A stretch of DNA of 64,000 bases from an uncultured Eubacteriales bacterium. Its GTDB lineage: Bacteria; Bacillota; Clostridia; Oscillospirales; Acutalibacteraceae. A program made the position numbers and the translations under genes. The stretch spans positions 7,491 through 71,490 of the forward strand of contig CAYPAB010000001.1 of NCBI GenBank assembly GCA_964408605.1. Reading direction: 5' to 3'. The notes below the pieces were generated by a model, which did no database searches, was not told the origin of the DNA, and was given only the letters and a program-made list of their open reading frames with translations. Positions 55,596 to 64,000 of this stretch are shown here, piece after piece. Each line of letters starts with the position of its first letter. The stretch's first letter is position 1.

Positions 55596-57716
55596 ATGTC
55601 AAAACTCGTTATCGTGGAGTCTCCCGCAAAGGCGAAGACTATTAAAAAATATCTTGGAAACGATTATGATGTTGTCGCATCTATGGGTCATATCAGAGAT
55701 TTACCCGCCGCAAAACTCAGCGTCGATGTAAAAAATGATTTTGCACCCAAATATGCAATTATAAAAGGCAAAGAAAAACTCGTTAAAGAACTTAAAGAAC
55801 GTGTCGCAAACAGCGATACTGTTTTTCTCGCAACTGACCCCGACCGTGAAGGGGAAGCAATTTCATGGCATCTTGCCACTGTTCTCGGTCTTGATCTTAA
55901 CGAAAAAAACAGAGTAAAATTCAACGAAATCAACGAAACAAGTGTCAAACGAGGAATAAGTAATCCCGATGTTGTCGATATGGGTCTTGTTGATGCTCAG
56001 CAGGCACGACGTATTCTCGACAGACTTGTCGGTTACAGGCTCAGTCCGTTTATTTCTCAAAAAATAAGGCGTGGACTTTCGGCAGGCCGTGTTCAAAGCG
56101 TTGCCGTGCGTCTTATTGTTGACAGAGAAGAAGAAATCGCAAAATTCAAACCCGATGAATATTGGTCAATAGACGCTAAATTTTCCGCCGGCAGAAGAAC
56201 TTTCGGTGCTTCGCTCACAGCGGATGAAAGCGGTAAAGTTAAAATCGAAAACAAAGAACAGTCGGACTTTTTCCTTTCACGGCTCGAAAATGCCGAATAT
56301 ACCGTGTCATCGGTGAAAAAAGGCACCCGTAAAAAGCAACCGTCACCGCCTTTCATTACATCGTCGATGCAACAGGATGCTTCACGAAAACTTAACTTCC
56401 AAGCGCAAAAAACAATGAAACTCGCTCAGGAACTTTACGAAGGTATTGATGTTGACGGATTCGGAATGACCGGTCTTATCACTTATATGAGAACCGACTC
56501 ACTCCGTATTTCCGAAGAAGCGAGAGCGACGGCAAACAGTTTTATAACCGCAAACTACGGCGAAAAATATTTGCCTGAAAAACCCCGTTATTTCAAAACA
56601 CGCTCCAACGCTCAAGACGGTCACGAGGCAATCCGTCCCACGAATGTTGCCATAACTCCGCAAATTGCACGAAAGAGCCTCACAAACGACCAATATAAAC
56701 TTTATAACCTCATTTGGTGCAGATATGTTGCCAGCCTTATGGCACCGTGCGTTCAAGATACCGTTAAAGTCGAAATAAAAGCGGAAAAAAGCGGTGTCAA
56801 CGGATATTGCGTATTTTCGGCAAGCGGTTATTCAATCAGATTTGACGGCTTTACCGCACTTTATGAAGATGCGGTTGATGACGGCGACAGCGCAAGTGTT
56901 TTTCCGGAACTCAAGGTCGGTGATGTGCTTAAACTCAAAGAAGTTAAAGGCAATCAGCATTTCACTCAGCCCCCCGCACATTATACCGAAGCCTCTCTCA
57001 TAAAAACGCTTGAAGAAACAGGCGTCGGACGACCCAGCACATACGCCTCCATCGTCAGCACAATTATCAAAAGAGAGTATGTCAAACGTGACGGAAAACT
57101 TTTGAGGGCAACGGAACTCGGCTGTGCGACGACGGCACTCCTTAAAGAGCGTTTCCAAAAGATAGTTAACACAAAATTCACGGCGCTTATGGAGTCGAAA
57201 CTCGATGAAATCGATGACGGCAAGTGCAATTATGTTGAAATGCTCCACGAATTTTACGATGAACTTGAAGGTTCGCTTTCAAAGGCAAAAAGCGAAATGC
57301 AAGGTCAAAAAATCCAACTCAAAGAAGATATCACCGACATTAAATGTGAAAAATGCGGAAGAAATATGGTAATAAAAACAGGCAGATTCGGTAAATTCCT
57401 TGCCTGCCCCGGTTACCCCGAATGCAAAACAACAAAACCGCTTGTTGAAGAAACAAATGCCGTTTGTCCTCTGTGCGGAGGTAAGGTTATAGGCAAAAAG
57501 TCAAAAAAAGGATTCCAATTCTACGGTTGTTCAAATTACCCCGACTGTACTTTCAGCACGTGGGATAAACCGACCGGTGAAAACTGTCCCAAATGCGGAA
57601 AATCGCTTTTCAAGGGTAAGGGCGGAATGATAAATTGCCTTAACGAAGAATGCGGATATTCTTTTAAAGCGCCACGCAAAAATGCGAAAAAAACGCAGGA
57701 AAACGCAGATGAATAA
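55596..57716 (+). CDS. topA: DNA topoisomerase I
   Basis: KLVIVESPAKAKTIKKYLG (Toprim), ITYMRTDS (active-site Tyr), and C-terminal CxxC zinc ribbons. An alternative ATG lies at 55587. Confidence 0.96.
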   Translation: MSKLVIVESPAKAKTIKKYLGNDYDVVASMGHIRDLPAAKLSVDVKNDFAPKYAIIKGKEKLVKELKERVANSDTVFLATDPDREGEAISWHLATVLGLDLNEKNRVKFNEINETSVKRGISNPDVVDMGLVDAQQARRILDRLVGYRLSPFISQKIRRGLSAGRVQSVAVRLIVDREEEIAKFKPDEYWSIDAKFSAGRRTFGASLTADESGKVKIENKEQSDFFLSRLENAEYTVSSVKKGTRKKQPSPPFITSSMQQDASRKLNFQAQKTMKLAQELYEGIDVDGFGMTGLITYMRTDSLRISEEARATANSFITANYGEKYLPEKPRYFKTRSNAQDGHEAIRPTNVAITPQIARKSLTNDQYKLYNLIWCRYVASLMAPCVQDTVKVEIKAEKSGVNGYCVFSASGYSIRFDGFTALYEDAVDDGDSASVFPELKVGDVLKLKEVKGNQHFTQPPAHYTEASLIKTLEETGVGRPSTYASIVSTIIKREYVKRDGKLLRATELGCATTALLKERFQKIVNTKFTALMESKLDEIDDGKCNYVEMLHEFYDELEGSLSKAKSEMQGQKIQLKEDITDIKCEKCGRNMVIKTGRFGKFLACPGYPECKTTKPLVEETNAVCPLCGGKVIGKKSKKGFQFYGCSNYPDCTFSTWDKPTGENCPKCGKSLFKGKGGMINCLNEECGYSFKAPRKNAKKTQENADE

Positions 57717-59019
57717 TAAAGAAGTTACGGTCATAGGCGGAGGACTTGCCGGTGTTGAGGCGGCAAAGCAGTTGAGTAAACGGGGGATTAAAGTCACCCT
57801 TTACGAGATGAAGCCGAAAAAGTTTTCGCCCGCACATAAAAGCGAGAATTTTGCGGAACTTGTTTGCTCCAATTCGCTCAAAGCGGAACGGTTGGGTTCC
57901 GCCGCCGGACTTTTAAAAGCCGAGATGCGTTTGTTCGGGTCTGTGTGCCTTGATGCCGCCGATAAATCAAAAGTTCCGGCGGGCGGTGCGTTGGCTGTCG
58001 ACCGTGATGTTTTTTCAAAAGAAATAACAAACGCTGTCGAAAACGATGAAAACATCACCGTTGTGCGTGAGGAGGTAACCGAAATTCCCAAAGAAGGTAC
58101 GGTTATTATTGCCGCCGGGCCTTTGATGTCCGATGCGTTGGCGCAAAAGGTCGGTGAACTTTGCGGTAGGGATTTTCTTTCGTTTTACGATGCCGCCGCA
58201 CCTATAGTTACAGCCGACAGCATCGATATGGATAATGCGTTCACTCAGTCAAGATACGACAGAGGCGGTGAAGATGATTATATCAACTGCCCGCTTGACA
58301 AAGAACAGTATGAAGAATTTTACGAGGAACTCATAAACGCCGAAAGCGCTCAACTCCATTCTTTCGATAAGCGTAAAGATGTTTACGAGGGGTGTATGCC
58401 CATCGAAGTGCTTGCGTCACGTGGGAAAGATGCAATGCGTTACGGCCCGTTAAAACCCGTGGGGCTTACAAACCCGAAAACCGGTCACAGACCGTGGGCG
58501 AATCTTCAGTTGAGAAAAGAAAATAAAGATGCAACTATGTATAATCTTGTCGGTTTTCAAACGAACCTTAAATTTTCCGAACAGAAACGTGTTTTTTCTA
58601 TGTTCCCCGCACTGAAAAACGCCGAGTTCGTTCGTTACGGCGTTATGCACAGAAACACTTTTCTCAATTCACCGGGTTTGCTTTCTTACGATTTCTGTAT
58701 GAAAAACGAACCTCGAATATATTTTGCGGGTCAAATTTCGGGAGTCGAAGGTTATATGGAATCAGCGGCATCGGGAATACTTGCCGGCTATAATGCCGCA
58801 AGGCGTATTTTCGGTGAAGAACCTGTTCTTTTACCGAAAATAACAATGTTGGGTGCGCTCTCGCAGTATATTTCCGATGAATCTGTCAAACATTTTCAAC
58901 CTATGGGAGCCGCATTCGGCATCATAGATCCGCTTCCCGAACGGATAAAAGACAAAAAAGAGCGTTACGAAAAACTTGCACTCAGAAGTTTGGATTATTT
59001 TAAAACAATCAAATTGTAA
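57709..59019 (+). CDS. trmFO: Methylenetetrahydrofolate--tRNA-(uracil54-C5)-methyltransferase
   Basis: VTVIGGGLAGVEAA, CSNSLK, GQISGVEGYMESAASG. Conserved position after topA. Confidence 0.93.
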   Translation: MNNKEVTVIGGGLAGVEAAKQLSKRGIKVTLYEMKPKKFSPAHKSENFAELVCSNSLKAERLGSAAGLLKAEMRLFGSVCLDAADKSKVPAGGALAVDRDVFSKEITNAVENDENITVVREEVTEIPKEGTVIIAAGPLMSDALAQKVGELCGRDFLSFYDAAAPIVTADSIDMDNAFTQSRYDRGGEDDYINCPLDKEQYEEFYEELINAESAQLHSFDKRKDVYEGCMPIEVLASRGKDAMRYGPLKPVGLTNPKTGHRPWANLQLRKENKDATMYNLVGFQTNLKFSEQKRVFSMFPALKNAEFVRYGVMHRNTFLNSPGLLSYDFCMKNEPRIYFAGQISGVEGYMESAASGILAGYNAARRIFGEEPVLLPKITMLGALSQYISDESVKHFQPMGAAFGIIDPLPERIKDKKERYEKLALRSLDYFKTIKL

Positions 59020-59067
59020 AGTGAAATTCGAAAAGCGTTCTCAATCGCTGTGAAAACGGAGGTAAAT

Positions 59068-59739
59068 ATGAGTATTACGGATTTTGAAGCGATTATAGGT
59101 TATAACTTTAAAAACAAAGAATTGCTCACGACGGCACTTACTCACTCATCGTACGCAAACGAAAACAAATTACCCTACGATAACGAACGGCTTGAGTTTT
59201 TGGGCGATTCTGTTTTGGGGTTTGTTACGGCGGAATATCTTTTTTCCGAATTTAAAAGCCGTCCCGAAGGCGAACTCACAAAACTCAGAGCGACGTTGGT
59301 TTGCGAAAAATCACTTTTTAAGTTTGCCGAAAAAATCAATCTGGGCGAACATATTTTTATGGGCAGAGGCGAAGAACATTCCGGCGGAAGAAACAGGCCG
59401 TCGATAGTGTCCGATGCGTTTGAAGCGGTAATCGCCGCTGTTTATTTAGACGGCGGTATTGATGCCGTAAGGCCGTATATACTTGATTTTATCAAAGAGG
59501 CGGTCAAACGGGAAGCCGGTTTCAAAGACAATAAATCGCTTTTGCAGGAAGAAATACAAAAAAACAAAGGCAACACGATCGTGTATGAAGAATTGGGCGA
59601 AAGCGGGCCCGACCACGAAAAAGTCTTTTCGTTTGCCGTGAAGTTAAACGGCAAGGTTATCGGCAAAGGTGAGGGCAAAAGCAAAAAAGAAGCCGAACAG
59701 TCGGCGGCGGGCGACGCCCTTATGCGCATATTAAAATGA
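59068..59739 (+). CDS. rnc: Ribonuclease III
   Basis: GGAGG RBS. ALTHSSYANE, ERLEFLGDSVL, and a C-terminal dsRBD (GKGEGKSKKEAEQSAA). Confidence 0.95.
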   Translation: MSITDFEAIIGYNFKNKELLTTALTHSSYANENKLPYDNERLEFLGDSVLGFVTAEYLFSEFKSRPEGELTKLRATLVCEKSLFKFAEKINLGEHIFMGRGEEHSGGRNRPSIVSDAFEAVIAAVYLDGGIDAVRPYILDFIKEAVKREAGFKDNKSLLQEEIQKNKGNTIVYEELGESGPDHEKVFSFAVKLNGKVIGKGEGKSKKEAEQSAAGDALMRILK

Positions 59740-60734
59740 AACACGCAAACATTTCTCTTTTTGTGCCCCATATGGGGTGTCCGCATCAATGTTCTTTTTG
59801 CAACCAAAAAACCATTTCGGGTTCTACCCGAAAACTTACTCCCGATGAAGTAACCGAAACTTTGAAAAAAGCGGTTGCCGACGGTAACGAACCGCAAAAT
59901 ACGGAAATCGCATTTTTCGGCGGAAGTTTTACCGCAATACCACGTGAATATATGCTTTCGTTACTTGAAGCGACAAAGCCGTTTATCGCCGACGGTCTTT
60001 TCGGCGGGATAAGAATTTCAACAAGGCCGGATGCCATCGACGGCGAAGTGCTTGATATTTTGAAAAAATTCGGTGTCACGTCCGTTGAACTCGGTGCGCA
60101 AAGTACCGACGAAGATGTTTTGAAACTGAACCGTCGAGGACACACACGGTGTGATATAATCAACGCTTCGAAACTTATTAAAGAAAAAGGCTTTTCTTTG
60201 GGGCTTCAAATGATGACGGGGCTTTTCGGCGATACCGATGAAAAGTCGCTGAAAACTTGCGAAGATATAATTGCGCTGAAACCCGACACAGTCAGAATAT
60301 ACCCCACGGTCGTTCTTGAGGGAACGAAACTCGGCGAGATGTTTAAAACGGGCGAGTATGTTCCGCAAAGCCTTGAAAACGCCGTGAACCTTTGTGCCGA
60401 ACTTTTAAAACGCTTTTACGCAAACGGCATAAAAGTTATAAGATTGGGGCTTCATTCCGGCGGAAATGTTGAAGAAGGCTTCCTTGCGGGGCCGTATCAT
60501 CCGGCATTCGGTGAACTATGCGAGTCGAAGATATATCTTGACACGGCAAGATCTGTTTTGAAAAATTATTCCGTGGAAAGCGATGTCACATTGCTTGTTA
60601 ATACTCACGAAATATCGAAAATGACAGGTCAAAAAGGCTGTAACAAAAAAGCACTTTTAAGTGACGGATACAAAGTCACCGTAAAAGGTGCCGATGATTT
60701 AAAAAAGTATGAAATAAAAATCCGATTTGACTAA
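59736..60734 (+). CDS. Radical SAM protein (ELP3/HemN-like, function unknown)
   Basis: FVPHMGCPHQCSFCNQ (CX3CX2C). Its start overlaps the rnc stop, and it sits between rnc and smc. Confidence 0.8.
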   Translation: MKHANISLFVPHMGCPHQCSFCNQKTISGSTRKLTPDEVTETLKKAVADGNEPQNTEIAFFGGSFTAIPREYMLSLLEATKPFIADGLFGGIRISTRPDAIDGEVLDILKKFGVTSVELGAQSTDEDVLKLNRRGHTRCDIINASKLIKEKGFSLGLQMMTGLFGDTDEKSLKTCEDIIALKPDTVRIYPTVVLEGTKLGEMFKTGEYVPQSLENAVNLCAELLKRFYANGIKVIRLGLHSGGNVEEGFLAGPYHPAFGELCESKIYLDTARSVLKNYSVESDVTLLVNTHEISKMTGQKGCNKKALLSDGYKVTVKGADDLKKYEIKIRFD

Positions 60735-60779
60735 CAGGGTTCGCCCGTTAAGTCAAAATCGGACGAAAGGTAGAAATAA

Positions 60780-63700
60780 ATGTATCTTAAAGCCATTGAA
60801 ATGCAAGGGTTTAAATCTTTTCCGGACAAAACCGTTCTTAATTTCGGAAAAGGTATAACTGCTGTTGTCGGCCCCAACGGCAGCGGAAAAAGTAATATTT
60901 CCGATGCCATGCGTTGGGTTTTGGGCGAACAGTCGACCAAAAATCTTCGTGGTTCGAAAATGGAAGACGTTATATTCAGCGGAACCGATTCACGTCGTGC
61001 CGTGGGTTTTGCCGAAGTGACCCTTAAACTCGAAAACTCGGATATGGCTCTCAACAACCCCGAAAAACTTGTCACGGTCACAAGGCGATACTACCGTTCG
61101 GGCGAGAGCGAATATAAAATCAACGGCGAACAGGCAAGACTTAGGGATATTCACGAACTGTTTATGGATACCGGCCTCGGTCGTGACGGCTATTCGATGA
61201 TAAGTCAGGGCAAAGTCGAAACGCTCATATCCGGTAAATCCGAGGACAGACGTGATATGCTTGAAGAAGCCGCCGGTATTTCTCACTACAGATATCGCCG
61301 TGCGGATGCCATGCGCCGTCTTAATCAAGCGGAAGAAAATCTTTTAAGATTGAGGGATATCCTTACAGAACTCGAATCACGTGTCGGGCCTTTGAAAATT
61401 CAAAGTGAAAAAGCACAAAAGTTTTTCGAATATGCGGGTGAAAAGAAAAATCTTGAAATCGGACTTTGGCTTTACACAATTGAAAAAGCAAAGAACGATT
61501 TGCGTGAATACGAAAAGAAAATAACGGTTACGGATGCACAGTACAACGAAGTGTGCAAAGCCCTTGAAGAAATAACCGTAAAAATAGATTCGGCTATTGA
61601 GTCATCTCAAAAAATCACCGTGGCGGTTGATGAAATAAGGCGAGCGTCTTCCCAACTTGAGGAACAGGCGGCTGTGCTTGAAAGTCAGGTTGCGGTTCAG
61701 AAAAACACAATCGAACACAACAATGAAACAATTATGCGTATCGAACGTGAAAAAACCGAAGAAAACGACACGGATACCGAAATTTCAAAGCAAATAGAAA
61801 CAGCCGAAAAAATTATCGAAGATTTAAACGAAACAATCGCATCAAAAAAAGAAGCGTTGGAGTCTTTTTCGGCTGAACTTGAAGTTTTGAGCGATGAAAA
61901 CAACAAATCGGCTCAAAGGAGTGTTGAACTTTCGGAAAAAGTTTCATCACTTTCTTTGCAAATTGCCGATAACCGTGTTACCGTTTCAACCGCCGCATCT
62001 TCGGTGGAAGAAATCGAAAACAGAATAAGTGTCATCGATACCTCGGCACAGTCACAGCAAGCGGTTCTCGATGCACTCACCGAAGAAAAAAACAAAATCC
62101 AAGACGAACTTAACGCCATTTCCGAACGCAACACGGAACTCAATAACGCACTTTCGGGAATCGAATTGCTTGCGACGAAAAGGCTTGAAAAACTCAACAG
62201 GTTAAAAGAGGAAGCAAACGCACTCGGTAACGAAAAGCACGTTAAGGAGTCACGACTCAATATGCTTTCCGACCTCGAAAAAAATATGGAGGGTTACCAA
62301 GGAAGCGTTAAAGCCGTTATGCGTGAAGTCGGCAGAGGAACGCTTAAAGGCATACACGCACCCGTTTCACGAATTATAAACGTAAACGAAAAGTATTCGC
62401 TTGCCGTTGAAACCGCTTTGGGTGTGCAAATTCAAAACATTATTACCGAAACCGAAAACGATGCGAAAAAGGCGATCGGATTTCTTAAAGAAACACGTGC
62501 CGGCAGAGCGACATTTCTGCCACTTACCGCAATAAAAGGCAGACTTTGTGACGAAAAAGGTCTTGATGACTGCTACGGCTACATAAATATTGCCTCAAAA
62601 CTTGTTGAGTGCGATTCGAAATACCGAGAAATCATAAATTCGCTTTTGGGCAGAACCGTTGTCGCCGAAGACCTCGACGCCGCCATCGCAATAGCGAAAA
62701 AGTTTAATTACCGATTCAAAATCGTCACACTTGACGGTCAAGTTGTAAATGCGGGCGGTTCAATGACGGGCGGTGCCAAACTTCAAAATGCCGGTATTCT
62801 CAGCCGAGGTAACGAACTTGAACGCCTAAAAACCGAATGCGAATCACTTTCGGAAAAACTTGCGTTGCTCCTTAAAGACGTTGCCTCACAGCAGGAGAAC
62901 TGTTCCGCCGTTACCGCCGAACTTGACGGTTGCAAAAGCGAAATAACCGCTTTGGGCGAGGATAAAATAAGAGTTGAGGGTCTTCTTGCACTCAAAGAGG
63001 GGAACCTTGCAAATCTTCTTGAGGCACGTGAGCAGGCGTTTGCGGAAAAAACGCAGTTGCAACAACGCATTGAAGCAATAAACACAAATGTCGCCGGAGC
63101 AAAAGAAAAACTTGCGGAACTTCAAGGCGAACTCGAAAAGGCGGAATCGGAACTTTCCGCAATTACGGGCGATCGTGTAAGTTTGACCGAAAAACGTGAA
63201 AAACTGACGGCGGTTGCCTCCGACATCAATCTTGAAATCGCCACGGCGCAAAAAGAGATTGAAGCCAAGCGTGAAGAAATCGTAAGGCTTGAGGGCAGAA
63301 GCACGAGCCACAAGGATAAACTTTCTCAACTTGACAGCGAAATCGAAGAAATAAAATCCAAAAACACGGAAATCGAAAAGCGTATTGAAATTCTCAATGC
63401 GGAAGCAACGGGTTTGCGTGAGCAAAGTGCTTTGTCTAAAGACAAAATCGCCGATGAAATCACAAAACGTGAACAGTTTGAGCAGGAAACGGGAAAACTT
63501 CGTATTCTCGAACGTGAAAAAACCGAAGACCGTGAAAAACTCGGCGGTGAAAAAGCAAGACTTACCGAACGCCGTGATGCGATGCAAAAAGAATTCGACG
63601 ACATTTCGAACAAACTTTACGATGAATATGAACTTACACGCCGTGAAGCCGAAGAATTGAATATCGTGATTGAAAACGTTCCGGAGGCGAAAAGACGTCT

Positions 63701-64000
63701 TAATGAACTTAAAGGCAAAATCCGTTCTTTGGGTAACGTCAACGTGAGTGCAATCGAAGAATATAAAGAGGTTTCCGAGCGTTACAGTTTTATGTACGGT
63801 CAAGTTAACGACGTTGAAAAATCAAAAGCCGAACTCACAAAACTCATAAACGAACTCACCGGTAAAATGGGGGTTCAGTTTAAAGAGCGTTTTGACAAAA
63901 TCAATTTCAGTTTCGGCGAAACGTTTTCCGAACTTTTCGGCGGAGGCAAGGCATCGCTCGTGCTTGCCGACGAAAACGATGTTTTGGAATGCGATATTGA
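60780..64000 (+). CDS. smc: Chromosome segregation protein SMC, 3'-truncated by the window edge
   Basis: It is absent from the ORF track because no stop is reached. MYLKAIEMQGFKSFPDKTVLNFGKGITAVVGPNGSGKSNISDAMRWVLGEQS, followed by a long coiled coil and a hinge (GRATFLPL). Confidence 0.93.
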   Translation, partial: MYLKAIEMQGFKSFPDKTVLNFGKGITAVVGPNGSGKSNISDAMRWVLGEQSTKNLRGSKMEDVIFSGTDSRRAVGFAEVTLKLENSDMALNNPEKLVTVTRRYYRSGESEYKINGEQARLRDIHELFMDTGLGRDGYSMISQGKVETLISGKSEDRRDMLEEAAGISHYRYRRADAMRRLNQAEENLLRLRDILTELESRVGPLKIQSEKAQKFFEYAGEKKNLEIGLWLYTIEKAKNDLREYEKKITVTDAQYNEVCKALEEITVKIDSAIESSQKITVAVDEIRRASSQLEEQAAVLESQVAVQKNTIEHNNETIMRIEREKTEENDTDTEISKQIETAEKIIEDLNETIASKKEALESFSAELEVLSDENNKSAQRSVELSEKVSSLSLQIADNRVTVSTAASSVEEIENRISVIDTSAQSQQAVLDALTEEKNKIQDELNAISERNTELNNALSGIELLATKRLEKLNRLKEEANALGNEKHVKESRLNMLSDLEKNMEGYQGSVKAVMREVGRGTLKGIHAPVSRIINVNEKYSLAVETALGVQIQNIITETENDAKKAIGFLKETRAGRATFLPLTAIKGRLCDEKGLDDCYGYINIASKLVECDSKYREIINSLLGRTVVAEDLDAAIAIAKKFNYRFKIVTLDGQVVNAGGSMTGGAKLQNAGILSRGNELERLKTECESLSEKLALLLKDVASQQENCSAVTAELDGCKSEITALGEDKIRVEGLLALKEGNLANLLEAREQAFAEKTQLQQRIEAINTNVAGAKEKLAELQGELEKAESELSAITGDRVSLTEKREKLTAVASDINLEIATAQKEIEAKREEIVRLEGRSTSHKDKLSQLDSEIEEIKSKNTEIEKRIEILNAEATGLREQSALSKDKIADEITKREQFEQETGKLRILEREKTEDREKLGGEKARLTERRDAMQKEFDDISNKLYDEYELTRREAEELNIVIENVPEAKRRLNELKGKIRSLGNVNVSAIEEYKEVSERYSFMYGQVNDVEKSKAELTKLINELTGKMGVQFKERFDKINFSFGETFSELFGGGKASLVLADENDVLECDI

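Noticed and set aside
61400-63900. Apparent periodic, repetitive low-complexity signal and many minus-strand Ser/Phe-rich ORFs.
   Set aside because: This is explained by the Glu/Lys/Leu-rich coiled-coil arms of SMC (GAA/AAA-rich codons). No true DNA tandem repeat or CRISPR-like spacing is present.
1-64000. Search by eye for tRNA, rRNA, CRISPR arrays, transposases, integrases, restriction-modification genes or recognised defence genes.
   Set aside because: None were found. All intergenic regions over 150 bp are accounted for by promoters, leaders, terminators or the remnant segment at 38.9-39.6 kb. Small ncRNAs cannot be excluded without covariance-model searches.

Overview
The window looks like a chromosomal segment of a low-GC Gram-positive anaerobe, probably Clostridia (Oscillospiraceae/Ruminococcaceae-like). 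This is inferred from gene order, TTGACA/TATAAT promoters, a CIRCE element, and glycyl-radical and Fe-S-rich genes. Most of it is housekeeping.

Gene content, in order:
- NuoF-like and GltD/NuoG-like redox pair at the 5' edge
- tex and clpB
- an 8-gene pyr operon (pyrC-carB-pyrK-pyrD-pyrF-pyrE-pyrB-pyrI)
- a ZTP-riboswitch-controlled pur operon (purE-purF-purM-purN-purO-like-purH(AICARFT)-purD-purL)
- mntP
- ylxM-ffh-rpsP-KH-rimM-trmD
- ptsH, uvrC, rsmD, coaD
- infC-rpmI-rplT
- a TrmH-family gene, dprA-topA-trmFO, and rnc-radical SAM-smc (3'-truncated)

No rRNA, tRNA, CRISPR array or intact mobile element was seen.

The accessory or unusual parts are:
1. A tightly coupled 5-gene minus-strand operon: glycyl-radical enzyme, short activase, FGGY kinase, PMI-like isomerase and an unknown protein. 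This is my best candidate for an undescribed catabolic system.
2. A PurF whose N-terminal nucleophile Cys is Gly.
3. A zinc-ribbon/PASTA membrane pseudokinase.
4. A cohesin-like surface protein.
5. A cytoplasmic PI-PLC-like phosphodiesterase with an unknown partner.
6. A 712-bp segment bounded by inverted repeats that holds gene remnants.
7. A divergent XRE/TM2 pair with repeated operators.

All functional calls rest on motifs read from the translated ORFs. No database search was run.
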